Assembly (NCBI RefSeq): GCF_018977255.1
Contig: NW_024704752.1
Span: forward strand, 14,942,001-15,006,000
Origin: Callorhinchus milii
Lineage: Eukaryota
Direction: 5' to 3'
Length of the DNA: 64,000 nucleotides
Of this stretch, positions 49,315-63,239 are shown one piece after another; position 1 is the stretch's first letter, and each line of letters begins with the position of its first letter. A model generated the notes under the pieces. The model was not told where the DNA came from. It ran no database searches and worked only from the letters and a program-made list of their open reading frames with translations. A program made the position numbers and the translations under genes.

Positions 49315-51572
49315 AATATCAAACTTACCCTTAAATATATATGAAAATATGACATTTATATTAACATTCAAGTTATATAAATGGTGCATATATTAACAGA
49401 TGGTGCAAAATCATCCAAGACCAATTATGTGAATTTATATATAAGATATATTTGCCTGGGTACCATTACCATGGCCTCTCATATGGTGAGAATGAAAAAA
49501 TGTGGAGAAAATAATTTCTCATAATGGGGTAAAATTCAAAATTCAAGATAAACAACACATATATTTGTTCAATGTTACTTCATTTGGCATTAGTCAAATA
49601 ACAGGATTAACTTCTTTCAGTGCATGCTTTTATAGTAATTGAAAACAATAGTTGAATATTACTAACCGTATGACAGCTAACTTATGTGAATAAGGCAAAT
49701 TTTCCTTTCTTGTCTAGATGGCCAGACAACTTAGTACATTCATATCTCTGTGAAAGATTTAGTGCATAACCACAATAATTATTCTAAACATCAATGTTGA
49801 AAATTTTCTGAGATAAATGTTAACTTGAAAACTAGAAATAAATGATTGACATTTTTATATATTAACTGTTTATGTTGGAATTATTGATTCTAATTGTCTG
49901 TGCTGAATTCATTTATAGAAGCGTTCTTTCCAATTCTACACATTCAGGAGGATTCCAACAGACTTGAAATATTTGCTTTTAAGATATTCTACAATTAATA
50001 ATAATAAACATTGCATTTGTTAGCGCACTTTAATGCCAGGATAATATCTCAAAGCGCCTCACAGGATTTACTAGAAAGTGTAGTGACTGTGTATATTGTG
50101 GGCAAATGGGGTGTACTTGGCTTTTAAAGTGTCCAAGCTGGAAAATGTAAATACATTTTCAAAAGAATTAGGATGAAGGTTATTCAGCACATCATCATCC
50201 TTGGAAAGTTCCCAGAACAATTATACCAAATTGTAGTGTAGTCACTGTGTATATGGTCAATTACCAACAGAGTCAGAACAATCTCTGAACTGCCTTCACA
50301 AGTTAACAACTTAAAGAGGTACTGTACTTTGCTGCAGTAATACTAACCACAAATGATCTTGATTCTATAACTTTCTTCTGATTAATGATTTCTATAATAT
50401 TATTGTAAAGACATTATGATATTTTGTACATAATAAATTGACTTGTTCATTAACGTATCCGGCGTCAGTTCAAGTCTTTGAAATTCTCAATTATTTTGCG
50501 GGTGAATCAGAGAAGGTGAACAGTAAGATTGTGAAAGATACAATCTGGCAGTGTGTGTGGAGGGCTGAAGACTAGGGTTTGCCAGTTTGCCCACAGCAAC
50601 AGTAATGAAGTGAGTGACCAATATTTTATTTGGAGGGAATTGTTGGCCAGGACACAGGGAGTAGCAGGAAACCTCTGAATGTCTATAGTGAGGAGGTGTT
50701 ATCAGACCAGGAGATGGAGATAGTCACTATAGAGTTCCACAATGAAGAGCTGAATAATATGGAGTTCTGGCTGAAGAGATATTGCTGGGTACTGGGACTG
50801 CTGATAAAAGTTACTGACCAGGACTCTGTAGGATGGAGCAAAGCAGTGGTGGGTCTGTTTGTTTCCAGATCGTCAGGTTCTGGGAGTGGTAAAACACTTG
50901 CCATACACAAGTTGAGACCAGAAAGCTGGACTTGTTTTAAAAGAAAAGCTCGACACTGTGAATGGGAATGGGAAGATGGTAGAATAAGGTATTCTGCTAG
51001 AGATACAATAAAATGGCTTCCTTCATTCAAACCTCTTGTGATCTTATGCACAGTGAAATGGACGTTTGGTTCAGATTGGGTCAATTGGAGAAGTTGTTTT
51101 GTTGAATTGCAGTTATAGTTAACATTCAGTTTTGTTTTCAGGCTCACAAGCCATTTACAGGAATCGCATGGGGGAGGGTGGAGCAGGAAAAACTGTGGTT
51201 TCTGCAGTTTCTGGTAAATTAAGATTGAACAAAATTTTTGAAAACAGTCTGGAATTAAGGCTTAATTTTGAAGCTGGTTTTCCATAGTTCTATTAGGGTT
51301 CTGCTAAAACCCAAGACCATTTCTAAGATTCTACACAAACTTTAAATCTTAAGACAATGGCTTTAACATTAAGAATACGAACAGACCAAACTTCTGTGTT
51401 CCTATTTCCTTTTTATCCCTACTCAAAACAAATTATTTCTCCAGTTTATGCCCCTGTGTTCTGTGTTAGCAATCTGATATATTTGTTATTTTGCTAAATT
51501 TTCAACCTCTGACGTGGTCAGGCCATCTGAGAATCTGCAGTGTTAATGCACTATGCTCGAAAACAATTAACC

Positions 51573-51584
51573 GAAACTGAAACT
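51573..51584 (+). promoter_or_regulatory. ISRE upstream of the second USP gene
   Basis: GAAACTGAAACT, a consensus match 50 bp 5' of the ATG at 51634. Confidence 0.75.
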
Positions 51585-51633
51585 AAATTACATTTTTATT
51601 TGCTGCAGACGTGTGCAGAAGTTTGCTAAGAGA

Positions 51634-54600
51634 ATGGCGATCGTTGAAAGGTTTTCTTTAAAAAATATTTGTGGTACTAAAAGGTTCGGCACCACCATGC
51701 TGTGGTTCAATGGTATTGTCGCTGTTGGATGCATATACTTTTTGTTTTGGCGGTGGAAAGGTGAGGCTAGAATCTACTTAAAAGTTACTGACTGGTAGGA
51801 ACTCATTCAGTTTCCTTTCTATTAATGCTGGGAAATGTGATGACTGAATTGCTGAACATTTTTTAAATTCGTCCAGATATAGAAAGTTTCATTCTGAAAC
51901 TCTTTGAAATGTGCTCCCGGTTAAATATACCACAAGTATTTGCTTGTGCAATTTGTGACCAGCTGCCTTCTTTAATCCACCTATGGCTGGAATCGAACAT
52001 GTAACACCCTCTCTCTCTCTCTGGAGGGACATGTCCATAGAACAATAGAAACAACAACAAAAAATTTAGCTTATTGCCTTTTACCCTGGGAGGACGTCCC
52101 AAGGACTCGAGAGGGTTGGGGGCCAAGGGGGTGGGGATGAATAGGGGTCGGGAAGACCGAAGGCACGGTCAAAGAGGAAGGTCTTGAGATGGACCTTGAA
52201 GGAGGCAAGGGAATGGGCAAGGCAAAGGGATTAGTAATAATAGTAACAATCCCTGCATTTGATATAGCGCCTTAATACATCGTTGACACATCTCAAAGTG
52301 TTTCACATAATATGTTGCAAAGTGAATTGACTGTGTTTTACCCACAGTAATTCCGAAACATTGCCCGCTTTTGCCTTTACCTCTACTCTCAAGCCCCCGA
52401 GATACTCACCCATTTAAAACATCCATCCTTGATTATGTCAAAGTTCTGTTTGCCAGACTCCGCAGTTCTTCTCTATACAAGCTGTAAACTATCCAGAACT
52501 CTACAGCCCATGTCCTCTCCAGCACCAGGCTCCTGTCGCCCCCGTTCTAAATCTATTTTCACATATTTTACAGGAGCAATTAAACGAATGTGGATGAAAA
52601 TAAAGGATAGGAATTCTTTCAAAATACAAACACCAGGTAATGTGGAAATAGCTTAATCATTTTGGTGTGCCATGTAAGCTTGAGGTTCTACTGAAACCTC
52701 ATAGAAATAATGGAAATCCTCTTCATAAAAATGCCTGTTATTTGCCAATTTGTCATTCGGATGAAATATACTAAACCCCGGTTGGCTGGACCAATGGGCT
52801 GAGGTCCGGACCAGTGAGCTGGAATTTGCGGTATTTGTCGGTATTGTAATTGTTTGAATCCTGCGAGCTGAATCTGCAGGATTCAAACTGAGTCAGAGTG
52901 GATATCCCGTCCCACTAAGTAAGCACTGTGAGGCAGGGGCGCATGCTAATAGAGGCAAGCTGGGGAAATTTTTCTGTGAACATTTCTGGATCGGGCCCGG
53001 TCTGGCAAGCTATGAATTCTGGACACTAGGAGTCTGGTCAACTGGGGGTTTGCTGTAATTTAAAACTATTCACAAACATCCACATAATGTCTCCCAGGCA
53101 GGGCAAAACATTAGGCAAGTTTCCTTACTCCACACGCCTTTATACCAAGTAAGTAGGAACCTGGTTGTTAGTCGATTGGCGGATCGCTTTTCCTGGGGTT
53201 AATAATCCCTTAAAGAAAGGAAAACTTACAAAAATAATAATAATGTGGTCACTCAATCCACGACTGTTTGTGGGACACTGCTGTGAGCAATTGGCTGCCA
53301 CGTTTCACCCACAAAATATACAGTTAATTCACTTTACAGTATATTCTGCGAAGCGCTTTGAGACGTCTCGAAGACGTGATAAGGCTGTATATCAAATGCA
53401 AGGATTATTATTATTATTATAGTGAGGAGCTAGCATCAACAAACACTTGTTGGGACAAATAGCTTAATTCCATCCTATATATTGTGATAATTACATTAAC
53501 CCACTAAATATGAACAATGGTAACATTTCATCTTCATGCTTTGACTGTTAGATAGACCTATGCTTCATCCTGAATACCACAATAAATATTGGAAAAGAAC
53601 AAGTATACTTCAGTAATATCAATGCAAATATTTGCAAATAATACAAACTAATAATAAATTATTCTACAGCTAGTTGAAAAAAAACTTCAAGCAATTAAAT
53701 CCATGTTCTTATAATTATTGTGCCTAAATGTTACTGTATTCTTTATAACTTTCAACATGAATAGTAATCAATATGTTGCAGCATCACTGCAGATTTAACA
53801 TGGCAAATGTATGCTGCCATAAGGCTTATTGGATCTCATCAAGACTTATTTTATTTATTTTTTAAAAACAGTTGGATTGATTAATCAAGGAGCCACTTGT
53901 TATTTGAACACACTGCTTCAAATATTATACATGACCCCAGAATTTAAAAATACCATTTGCAAGTAAGTAATAAAATTATTTCGCAGAATTAAAACAATAT
54001 GATTTGTTGAATCTGTAACAACTTTATAGAATCATTAGGGTAGACTTTCTATTGGTTGCTAAAGTCTATAACAATGGGAGTACACGCTTGTTATGCAATG
54101 GTCTTTCCTCATTTTAATGTGTGCATGCCAACAACATGAGTAACTTTAAGTTCAGAAGAAATTATGTTGTAATTGGTTAGATTACTATATCTTTATCTCC
54201 AAAACTCGTGTTGGATTCCTATCCAAATTCTATTTTGAAAAGTGTGTTGGTGGAATTGTTGGTTTTGTCTCTGTGTGTGCATGTGCATTCATTGTGTGTG
54301 GCAATGAGTGGGTGTAGACTTGTACATTGTGTGTGCGCATGTGTGTGGACGTGTGCATTTGTGGGCTTGTGCATGAGTCAGTGGGGATGTGCTTGTGGAT
54401 GCCTGGTGCATTTCCTCTCATCCCCTTAATACATCGAATAACTTACCAATGCTCACACTGCCTGAGTTCAAAAGTGAAGAATGGTCACCTGTGTGAGCTG
54501 TTTGGGAATCATGTCCAATGTGAGGCCTTTCCTTCAGGAAAGGAAGGGAGAAATCCCTCATATCAATATTTTCATAAAGCTTTCATTCAGATAAAGGGGT

Positions 54601-57600
54601 TCCTCATATGTGTTCTGATCCCCATCCGATCAGCTGCCACATATCACTGTGTGATCTTGCCAGGATTTCATGTTGTACACAGTGCTTTATGCTCCAGTGG
54701 GCAGACTTGGTCTTGGTCCTGTTTCCTTCCACCCCCACCCCATCCCATGAAGGCAAATAAACATTTTAGTTTGACTCTGCTGCATCACGACTTGAACGGC
54801 TAAGATGAGTGCCGCTTACAAATATACTGGACATACAGCTGTATTTTTCTCATGCTTGTTAAAGTTAACAAAGATTTTGCAGCATTTGGACCAGAACCCT
54901 TATTGCTTCAATTCCCCATTTCTGAAAGGACAAAGGTTTAGGGTTGCAATGAGGAATTTCAGGACAAACACAAGGAAATATTTCTTTATCAAGAAGCTAA
55001 TTAATGAGTGTAACAGATTACCAGGAGCAGTAATTGAGACCAGCATACTGGACTCATTTTAAAAACAATCAATGCAGACAGTATTATGATGTTCTTAAAT
55101 TGTAACCAGAATTATTATTCCTCAATGTTAATATTCTGTTTTTTATGTTCCCAGTTTAGAAACGGATAACCAGATTATATGTCAGTTAAAAATCATGTTT
55201 GAGAAATTGCAAAAGAGCAAAAAGGCTGTAGAAACACACAAACTGACCACAAGCTTACAACTGGATGGTAAGGAATAGGTGTATTTTGATATCATTATGA
55301 TACAAGAAGATTTTTTTTAAAAAGGCAGTTCAACATCACAATGGTTGTTTTCATTTGTCATTTATGATTTAGCTTTGTGTAATTAACGAAATAACATTGT
55401 ACCATTATCTTCATCATCAGTATTAAGACAACAAGATATAGCAGATTTTTTCCTATTTCTGATGCATGAAGTGAACACTTATATGGATCAGGATCAAACT
55501 ATTTTGAAGGTAAATAAAATTAATAGAACAAAGGTAATGAGAAAGTCATATATTTTCACTCCAATACTTTGAGGGATAAGAAAACATACTGTATGAATGA
55601 CTTGTAACAAAAATTTACAAAGAACGTACAGCATGGAAACAAGCTACTCAGCCCAAACAGTCCATGTCAGTGTTTATACTCAAACAATTTTCCACCTATT
55701 CCTTACTCCCTCCCATACCTTTCTTTCCCCCTCTCCTTCATGTGCAGGTCTAACTTCCTCTTGAATGCATCTATTAACTGATTGTTAACTACCACTTCAG
55801 GTAGCGAGTTCCACAGTCTTCCTATTCTCTACGTAAAGTAGTTATGCCTAAACCTAGATATCAGGTTTAATCCCCAGCTGTCCTTCCGATGCCTGACAAA
55901 GCAAAGTTTCCTCCATCTCTGTCACATTGCCCATGTCCGACCATACCTCACATCCAACGTAGCCGAAACTCTCATCCGCAGATTCCATTGAAATCTCTGG
56001 AATTTCCTTGTGTAGGTGGGATGCAAGGAACTCTGTTTGGTTTGGATACTCTTAAGCATGGTGGTGCTTGATTATATCTGATACATAAAGGGTTTCTGCA
56101 TCCGGTGAACCAAAACAAAACCTGCAGCAATGTTTAATGGGTCAACAGCCTATATTGTAATCCATCCATGTGGAAGTTTTGCCTGTTTCTTATCTTGAAA
56201 TGCCTAACGCATGTTCCTCTAACAATTTTTTTAATCCAAGCAGTAAATCTAGAGATTGAATGGCTCAGGTTACGAAATCCGGGAATCTAAAGATGCATAA
56301 AGGCAGCTCAATTAATAGTTGTTTATTTGTATAATGTTTTACAATACAAGTAGTAGCAGAAGAACACAGAAAAGAATAACAAAGGTTATTCTACACCCTC
56401 CGATGTAAGCATGCTACTTGGATGTTTGACTAATTACTGACTCCACTTCCGATGTTACAAATCATTCCATCAATACTAAACATCAACAGGCAGTTCGATT
56501 TTGAGACTGGGAACATCAAAGCTCAAAAGAAAGACCTTTCTGTGGTTTGTTCATGGTTCCAATAGGTTCTGCAGATGGGATCATAATACTGTCCTTATTT
56601 GCAATGTTTTAGAATAAAACTGTGTGATTATCATGGAAGATGCTGAAGATTTAACATTCTTGGATACAAATTGAGCATTCCACACACCATCTTTGGCAAT
56701 GTCGGCTTCTAATTGGATTTCCCTTCATAATCAAGTAGCACCTTTATATCCCTCTTTGGTTTCGAAATTCAATAAAACATTCTTCAGCAGATCCGCTGTT
56801 TTAGAAATTCACTAATCATAAGAAATGACGTAATTTATACCCAACCATCTCTTACTTAATACTTAATCTCTTTTCTGTTGATACCTGAAAGAATGTTAAA
56901 ACCGTAGCTTTAATGTTGAAGCCTGTATTGTATTTGTGTTTGGTGTGTATCTCCTTTCTCTTTTCACTAGTCTTCTCACCCTTCCCGGACAATAATAATC
57001 CAGTTGCATAATATACAATCTGGTGTCATGGTTAGGTGTACACTGAAGTGCAGCAGAGACGTTCCACTCAATGTTCCACTACCCCAGAAGTGGAATATTA
57101 CTAACCTGTACTCGGTAAATGATCCCTCCCTTCCCCTTCCTAAACAATGTGGTTAACATTAGGAACTCAGCAAGGCTAAGCATCATGTTACTTGGATGTT
57201 TGACTAATTATTGATTCCGCTTCCAATGTTACAAATCGGCATTATATCAATATTAAACCATATATTCTACCATCCTGTGATGTTGCACATTTGTATGTTG
57301 CATAAAACTGCATTTTCTTCATTTTGCTGATTTCACTACATGCTTATTGTGTTCTCGCTGAAAAACATGGGGAATGACAATATTCTATCAACTATATTTT
57401 TAGTTGTTTGTACAGCTTAAATTTTTATCTTTGCTGGTTTCAATGCATTGTTGAACTCTTTTTTGTGTGATACCAGGTTTAGTTAACATTTATTTCTGTA
57501 CAACTATGGCATGATAAGCAAATACCTTGAACCATATTTTATACACCACATGTGCACGCAATAGGATATTTTGATATGAAAAGCAGATCAATCATGAGTT

Positions 57601-60600
57601 GAAATCAAATGGTCAGTAACAAAAAAGCAACAATTTGATTGAATATTTTCAAACCTAATGGTAGGGTATTCTTTAAAACAGAGAAAACTGGAACTGCACA
57701 ACAGGTTGATCAGATGGTTGGAATCTGATGAAGTACATACATTTTAATGATTTACTTTCTTAGAATTGTGCCAACTACTGATATACCATCTTTTCCAATT
57801 TGGATAGACTAAGGATAGTTTGTTCTTTTTAGTGTTTGACTTGCACATTCAGTCATTGAAAAAAGGTTCCTATATACACTCACCAATAAATGTCCTTCAG
57901 TTTTATCAGATCACAATTGGTCATGAAATGAAATGTCAAGAATGCAATGCTAATTATAAGAAGGAATATCCGTGGCTGACTATCCCTTTACCCATTTGTT
58001 CATCTTCTAATAAATTTAAACACTTGGTAAGTTTAAAAAAACAGGGTAAGTATAAATATTATATTCAAGTGACTTATTATCGTCACATAATATTGATAAT
58101 AATAATGATAAAGGTCTCCTTCAGTGCGATGTCTGGTATAACTAATAATAATTGTTAATAATAATGATAACATTCATAATAATAATACTTTTTGCATTTA
58201 ATATAATGCCTCATACCCATGGAATTCTTACATTGTTCCTAAGATTTGGTAATAATAGTAATTCAGTTTTAAATTAATTCAGATTCTACAATATTTACCG
58301 TTTAGGAACATCAGGTACTTTCAATTTTTTATTTGGTAACTGAGCCACTATACCTTTGGCTATTACATTTAAAAAAATCTTCTCCCAATTTAAAATCTGT
58401 TATGTACCTTTTTCACTCCCGCCGCCTCTGGAGTTCGAAGTTGTTGCTTCATGTCTCAGATTGTGAGCTCCCAGGTGAGGCTGTCGCTTTAGCAGGAGTG
58501 CTGCATTATTTTAGGTATTGTTCTTCAGAAGGGATGTTATTAACTCCTAGCAAATGATTTAAGGTTTTTTTTTGTAAATGACAATCTACTGAATCTACTG
58601 AAAAACTAAAAGATACAATGATAGGCATAGCTTGGCATTGAAAGCGCTGTCTGGCAAGTTTGTCCAGCGAGGAAAGACCAAATTGATTAATCCATAGGTA
58701 GCTACTTGTTTAGCATCATGCCATGGAACATTTCTATGGCATGTTACTGATTTTGTTACTTTCTCTCTCAAGGAAATTGCTTTAGATGAGTTTCTGAAAT
58801 GGGACATTCTGAATGGTGACAATCAATGTTATTGTGACATTTGTAAAGAAGTGACTGATACATCCTCAGTAAGTATGGATTGCAATATTAGTAAAATATG
58901 TCGATAAATTTGTAAATCAAAGGCATATTTCATTTCAGTAAAATATACACAGAAATATTAAAGTATCTTGCAGTTCTCCCAGATCACAATATTTAGTACA
59001 TATCCAGCCCCACTTGGAGGATTCCGTGTTGCTCTGCTATTCCTTCTACAATAGGGATTGGAGAGAGTATAATAAAAGTCCATCAAATTAATATTTTATA
59101 TGGAATTAGATATCTGAATTATGAAAAGTGAATGCCAAACTAGGATTGTTTACACGGGAGGAAAAATGATAAATGAAAAATGATCTTTTTAAAGTTTTAT
59201 AGACTCTAAAGTTTTGTAAAAACTGGCCTCCAAACAACAGTTTTGATGTACAAATTGAACATCTAGGATAAACTATTATATTCAGATATGGACAAAAGAA
59301 GCTTAGAGTTTTTCTGGAAGTTCAGGATAATCCTGGTGTAGAAGGACTATTTCACTGCAGAAACCAAAAATGTAACTCTTATCTGCCATTATTCCTTTGA
59401 AGGCTTTTTTCATCAACTTATTCTTGTATTTTGCAGAGATACCATATCAAAGAGCTGCCCCAAATTCTCACAGTGCAGCTACTAAGATTTCACTTTGACA
59501 CAACAAACAGATGTTATCAAAAGTTTGATGACTGTATTGAGATCCCACTGACACTGATGTTTGAGGAATCGAGGGTAAGATATTTATTATGGTGTTTATT
59601 ACACATTTTACTTCTACGTAATAGAAAAGCAAAATGCATAATGTTTGTTGATTTGTTAATAGATATTTAGAAAGGGAAAGAAAATCCTGAGATAGAACTT
59701 TCTGTTCAAAGTAGAAGAAATAAAGCTGATGGAGTTATAAAACTATTAACAAAAAATCCTTAGTTTTCTATGGAATATGAAGACGAAGATCAGGACCAAT
59801 GAAGCAGATGGGTCTTGGAGTGGAAGGTTCATTTTAATGTAGATTTTCAATCAGTTTTGGAACAAGAAACATAAACAGAGTGAAGGGGCAGTAATTAGAT
59901 ATAGGGGTTTGTTAATTTGATTGCTTTACAGATATTTTTAATATTCATACAGGACAATCCCAATGAATGGTGTCTAAGTTCAAGAATCAATAAGGTAAGT
60001 TAGAATCCAGTACAGTAATTATCCAGTATTGGAGGCATCTCTGGGCAATGATGGGATGGAATATTTTGTTTTATTTGATTTCAATGCTACACATTTTACT
60101 TTTATAGGATCAATTGCATTGATTCCCATATGATGATTTGAGCTCACGTGCTAAGCCAACAGTGCATTACTTAGGCATTGCTGTCCTTTGATTGAGCCAT
60201 TCAACTGAGGTCACATCTGCTTATCCTGGACTCTCATTTAAGCCTTTCATCTGGTTCCTTACCAAGGCTGTTTTTCTTTATTTCCTCCCCCTCTAACTCA
60301 CTCCAATGCAACTGAAACCCTCGCCAGTGTTGTAGTCTACAACAACAATAACAACAACAACTTGGATTTATATAGCGCCCTCCATGCCGGACGGCGTCTC
60401 AGAGCGCTTCACAGTAACAGATCCTGGGGCCGAGCCGGGGGGGGGGGGGGGGGGGGGGGGGAGGAAAGTGACCAAAGGCACGGTCAAAAAGAAAGGTCTT
60501 CAGCAGAGACCTGAAAATAGGAAGCGAGGGGCGAGACGAAGGGAGTGAGGAAGGCAGTTCCAGAGCCTCGAGGCATAGTGGCTGACGGCACGGCCGCTGA

Positions 60601-62914
60601 GGGTGGAGCGGAGGACTTGGGGGACGAGGAGGAGGCCAGACCCGGAGAAACAAAGGCAACGGGCACTGTTTTGAGGTGAGATGAGGTCAGAGAGGTCGGG
60701 CGGTGCAGAGGAGTGCAGGGACTTGAATACAAGGGTGAGGATCTTGAAGTCGATCCTCTCTGGGATAGGCAGCCAGCGCAGTCTGGCAAGAACTGGGGTG
60801 ATCGGGGAGCGGAGTTTGGTGCGGGTGAGAATGCGGGCGGCAGAGTTTTGAATAATCTGGATTTTATGGATGGCAGTGGAGGGGAGACCTAAATTCCAGT
60901 CTAAACTCTGGAGTTCATTTCTCTAATGCCTTCCTTACCGGCCTTCGTAAATCAACCCTCCAACAAGCTCCAGATCATCCAGAATTTTGTATTCTGTACC
61001 ATGGCTCAGAGGCCCATCAACACCACCCTCACCAAGCTTCACTGGCTTCTTACTTGCAGCAGAATAACTATAGGATACTCATTTTATTTATTTCCACCCC
61101 ACCCCCCCCCCCCCCCCCCCCCCAGGTCCTTGTTTCACTCTGCTTCTGATCTCCTGTGATCTGCTAATTCAAATCTGTTCCACATTTCCCATCCCGCTAT
61201 TAGTGGTTTAAGCTTTCAGCCATTTTGACTCTGTTTTCTGGGTCTCTATTCCTAAACCTCCCTCCCCACTTTCAAAGCCTTTCTAAGAACCTACCATTTT
61301 CACTAGGTTTTCGGTTACCCTCCTCCTGCCTCCCCCCTTAACTCCCATCATACCCGCTGTAACGCCATCTCTGTGAAGGACGACAACATTTTTTACTATG
61401 TGAAAGGCATTGCATAAGTGCAAGTTTTTGTTGAACCAAATCCTGAAAAAGAACAAACTTCCTGGTGGGAAAAACATTTTAAAGCTACGGTTTTCAAATG
61501 TTGCTTACAACATCCCTTGTCCTCTACTCCATAATTGTCAGCAATTCTTTCAGTCAATATGCCCTGAATCTCTGCAACTCCTTGCCTCAATCCTTCTTTC
61601 TTGTCCCCTCTGCACATCTTCAAATCACACATGAAAACTTTCCTCTTCAGCCATGCCATCAGTCACCTTCTCCCCACCCGATCTCGCTGTCAAACCATGC
61701 ACTGTTAAGCTCCCAGGCATTACTTACGTAAAGGGCACTATATAACTACAAGTTGTTGTTGAAGTGTCGTTTTTATTTCTGTTAAATTAAGAATGGAATT
61801 TTTTTTATGAGTCAAGAAACAGTCATAGTTAACATCCTTGAGGGGAAAAAAACACACTTGGGATAAAATTTACAAGGTTTGAAGACTTGAAAATAAATCT
61901 TAAACAAGAATGGTCCACACCTTCATATTATCAAATTAAAGTCAACTGAATTATTTCCGCAAATACCTCACCATCAAGTATTCTCTACTGTTTACTATTC
62001 TCCAGTGTTGCTTTCCTCTCCGATAAGAATTTCATTCTCCTGAGATCTCAAATAACAATTCCTTTACTCAACAACAGGAAAGCCCAGATGAGTCATTTTC
62101 CACCCTATTAGGAACAGTCCAACATCCCCATCAAGAATCAAAAGTAGAAGCAGCTGCTAAAGAAAAGCTGAAGTCGACAAAGGTACATTTGTTTTCATTT
62201 TCTTTTGGCCAGTGCTACGATTCCCAAAAGGCATCTGGCACCTCATCCAAATGCCCATTATTCGATGTTAGTATATTTAGTGAGTGTATGTGTCATCTGA
62301 CTTGCCGACCATCACTGTTAGAGCTGATTCTATTCTTTTCACAGCCACCCATGCACGTTTTTCAGCAGGTGCCATTTAATAGCTATTAGGAAGCTGCAAA
62401 CCCAGGCTGATGTTTTACCTCCATTGCCACATGGAAAACAATATATATATATTGTTATATATATTCAATCCATTGCATTTATTTAAAGGGTATAACATGT
62501 TGTTTTTAAACTTGAGCACAAAGTGTTTTTGTGGAAATTGATGTAATTAATTTTTCTATCTTGGTTAGTTTGACAAAATATACAGCAATCATTTGCCACT
62601 TCAAATGAATGCACATTAGAATATCACCAAAGCATTTTTAAAATGTGATTTGTATGCATTATAGTGTGAATCTCAATTGCATTACCAACTTAAAATTATG
62701 TAAAAAGAATCTTTGAATTAAGTTCAGAATTGATGATAACAGTAATTAAATATACAAAATGATTTAGCTGTTTTATTTCTCGCTTGCTTTTTAGGAGTTT
62801 GAACTATTTGCAGCATGCTATCACGAAGGAGTGTATGGATATGGTCACTATCATGCTGATATTAAATCAACTGCTGATGTCTGGTACAGTTTTAATGATC
62901 AAACTGTTGCTAAG
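51634..62914 (+). CDS. Second USP-family protease with N-terminal hydrophobic segment, 3'-incomplete. Exons 51634-51760, 52574-52636, 53872-53962, 55155-55267, 55421-55509, 57901-58026, 58773-58868, 59437-59574, 59953-59994, 62078-62182, 62795-62914
   Basis: Cys box [25 protein letters not shown] (USP7/40/47-type), [13 protein letters not shown] and [19 protein letters not shown], His box [24 protein letters not shown]. All exons in phase; the small exons 59953 and 62078 are less certain. Confidence 0.9.
53090..53420 (+). mobile_element. tRNA-derived SINE
   Basis: Same family body and atcaaatgcaagg(att)n tail. Confidence 0.8.
60340..60890 (-). mobile_element. L2 LINE 3' fragment
   Basis: [14 protein letters not shown]...[15 protein letters not shown] on the reverse strand; poly-C tract and (TTG)n tail. 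Confidence 0.85.
60950..61760 (+). mobile_element. Decayed L2 3' fragments
   Basis: NKLQIIQN...LTKLHWL; two tails ending aagggcactata...aagttgttgttg. Confidence 0.65.
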
Positions 62915-63239
62915 GTACAATGAGAATTACCGCATGGCACCCAGCAGATGTGAAATGCTGAGTGCCTCCTCCCAAAGAAGGGATGAAAATCAAATAGGAA
63001 ATCAGCCCGAACTGTTGTACTAATGCCCCCCCCTTTAGATGCACAACCTCAGACAAAACCATCGACTTGTCTTTTGTGTTAGGGATTATGTGTAATCGGA
63101 TGCAAATTAGACAAAGCTATTTAAAAATAGTGGACAAATTTAAATTTGATTCAACAAAGGGAAGACAGCTGATGCATCATGATAGTGGATTTTATAAAGT
63201 ATTTTAATTCTTTCAAATACCAGAATATGAGATTAACTT

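Larger units (their letters stand above)
33350..50480 (+). repeat. Tandem segmental triplication carrying the RBR genes (units ~33350-37920, ~41660-46500, ~46350-50480)
   Basis: Near-identical upstream, intronic and 3' sequence among units, differing by unit-specific TE insertions. Confidence 0.9.

Noticed and set aside
50630-51147. Opposing 162-aa and 154-aa ORFs between RBR copy 3 and the second USP, considered as a possible missing E2/E1
   Set aside because: No UBC (HPN...C) or E1 motif, non-ATG starts and no convincing exon structure; left unannotated, though a BLAST would be cheap.
54208-54803. Cys/Val/His-rich ORFs
   Set aside because: Translation of degenerate (GT)n microsatellite inside a USP intron.
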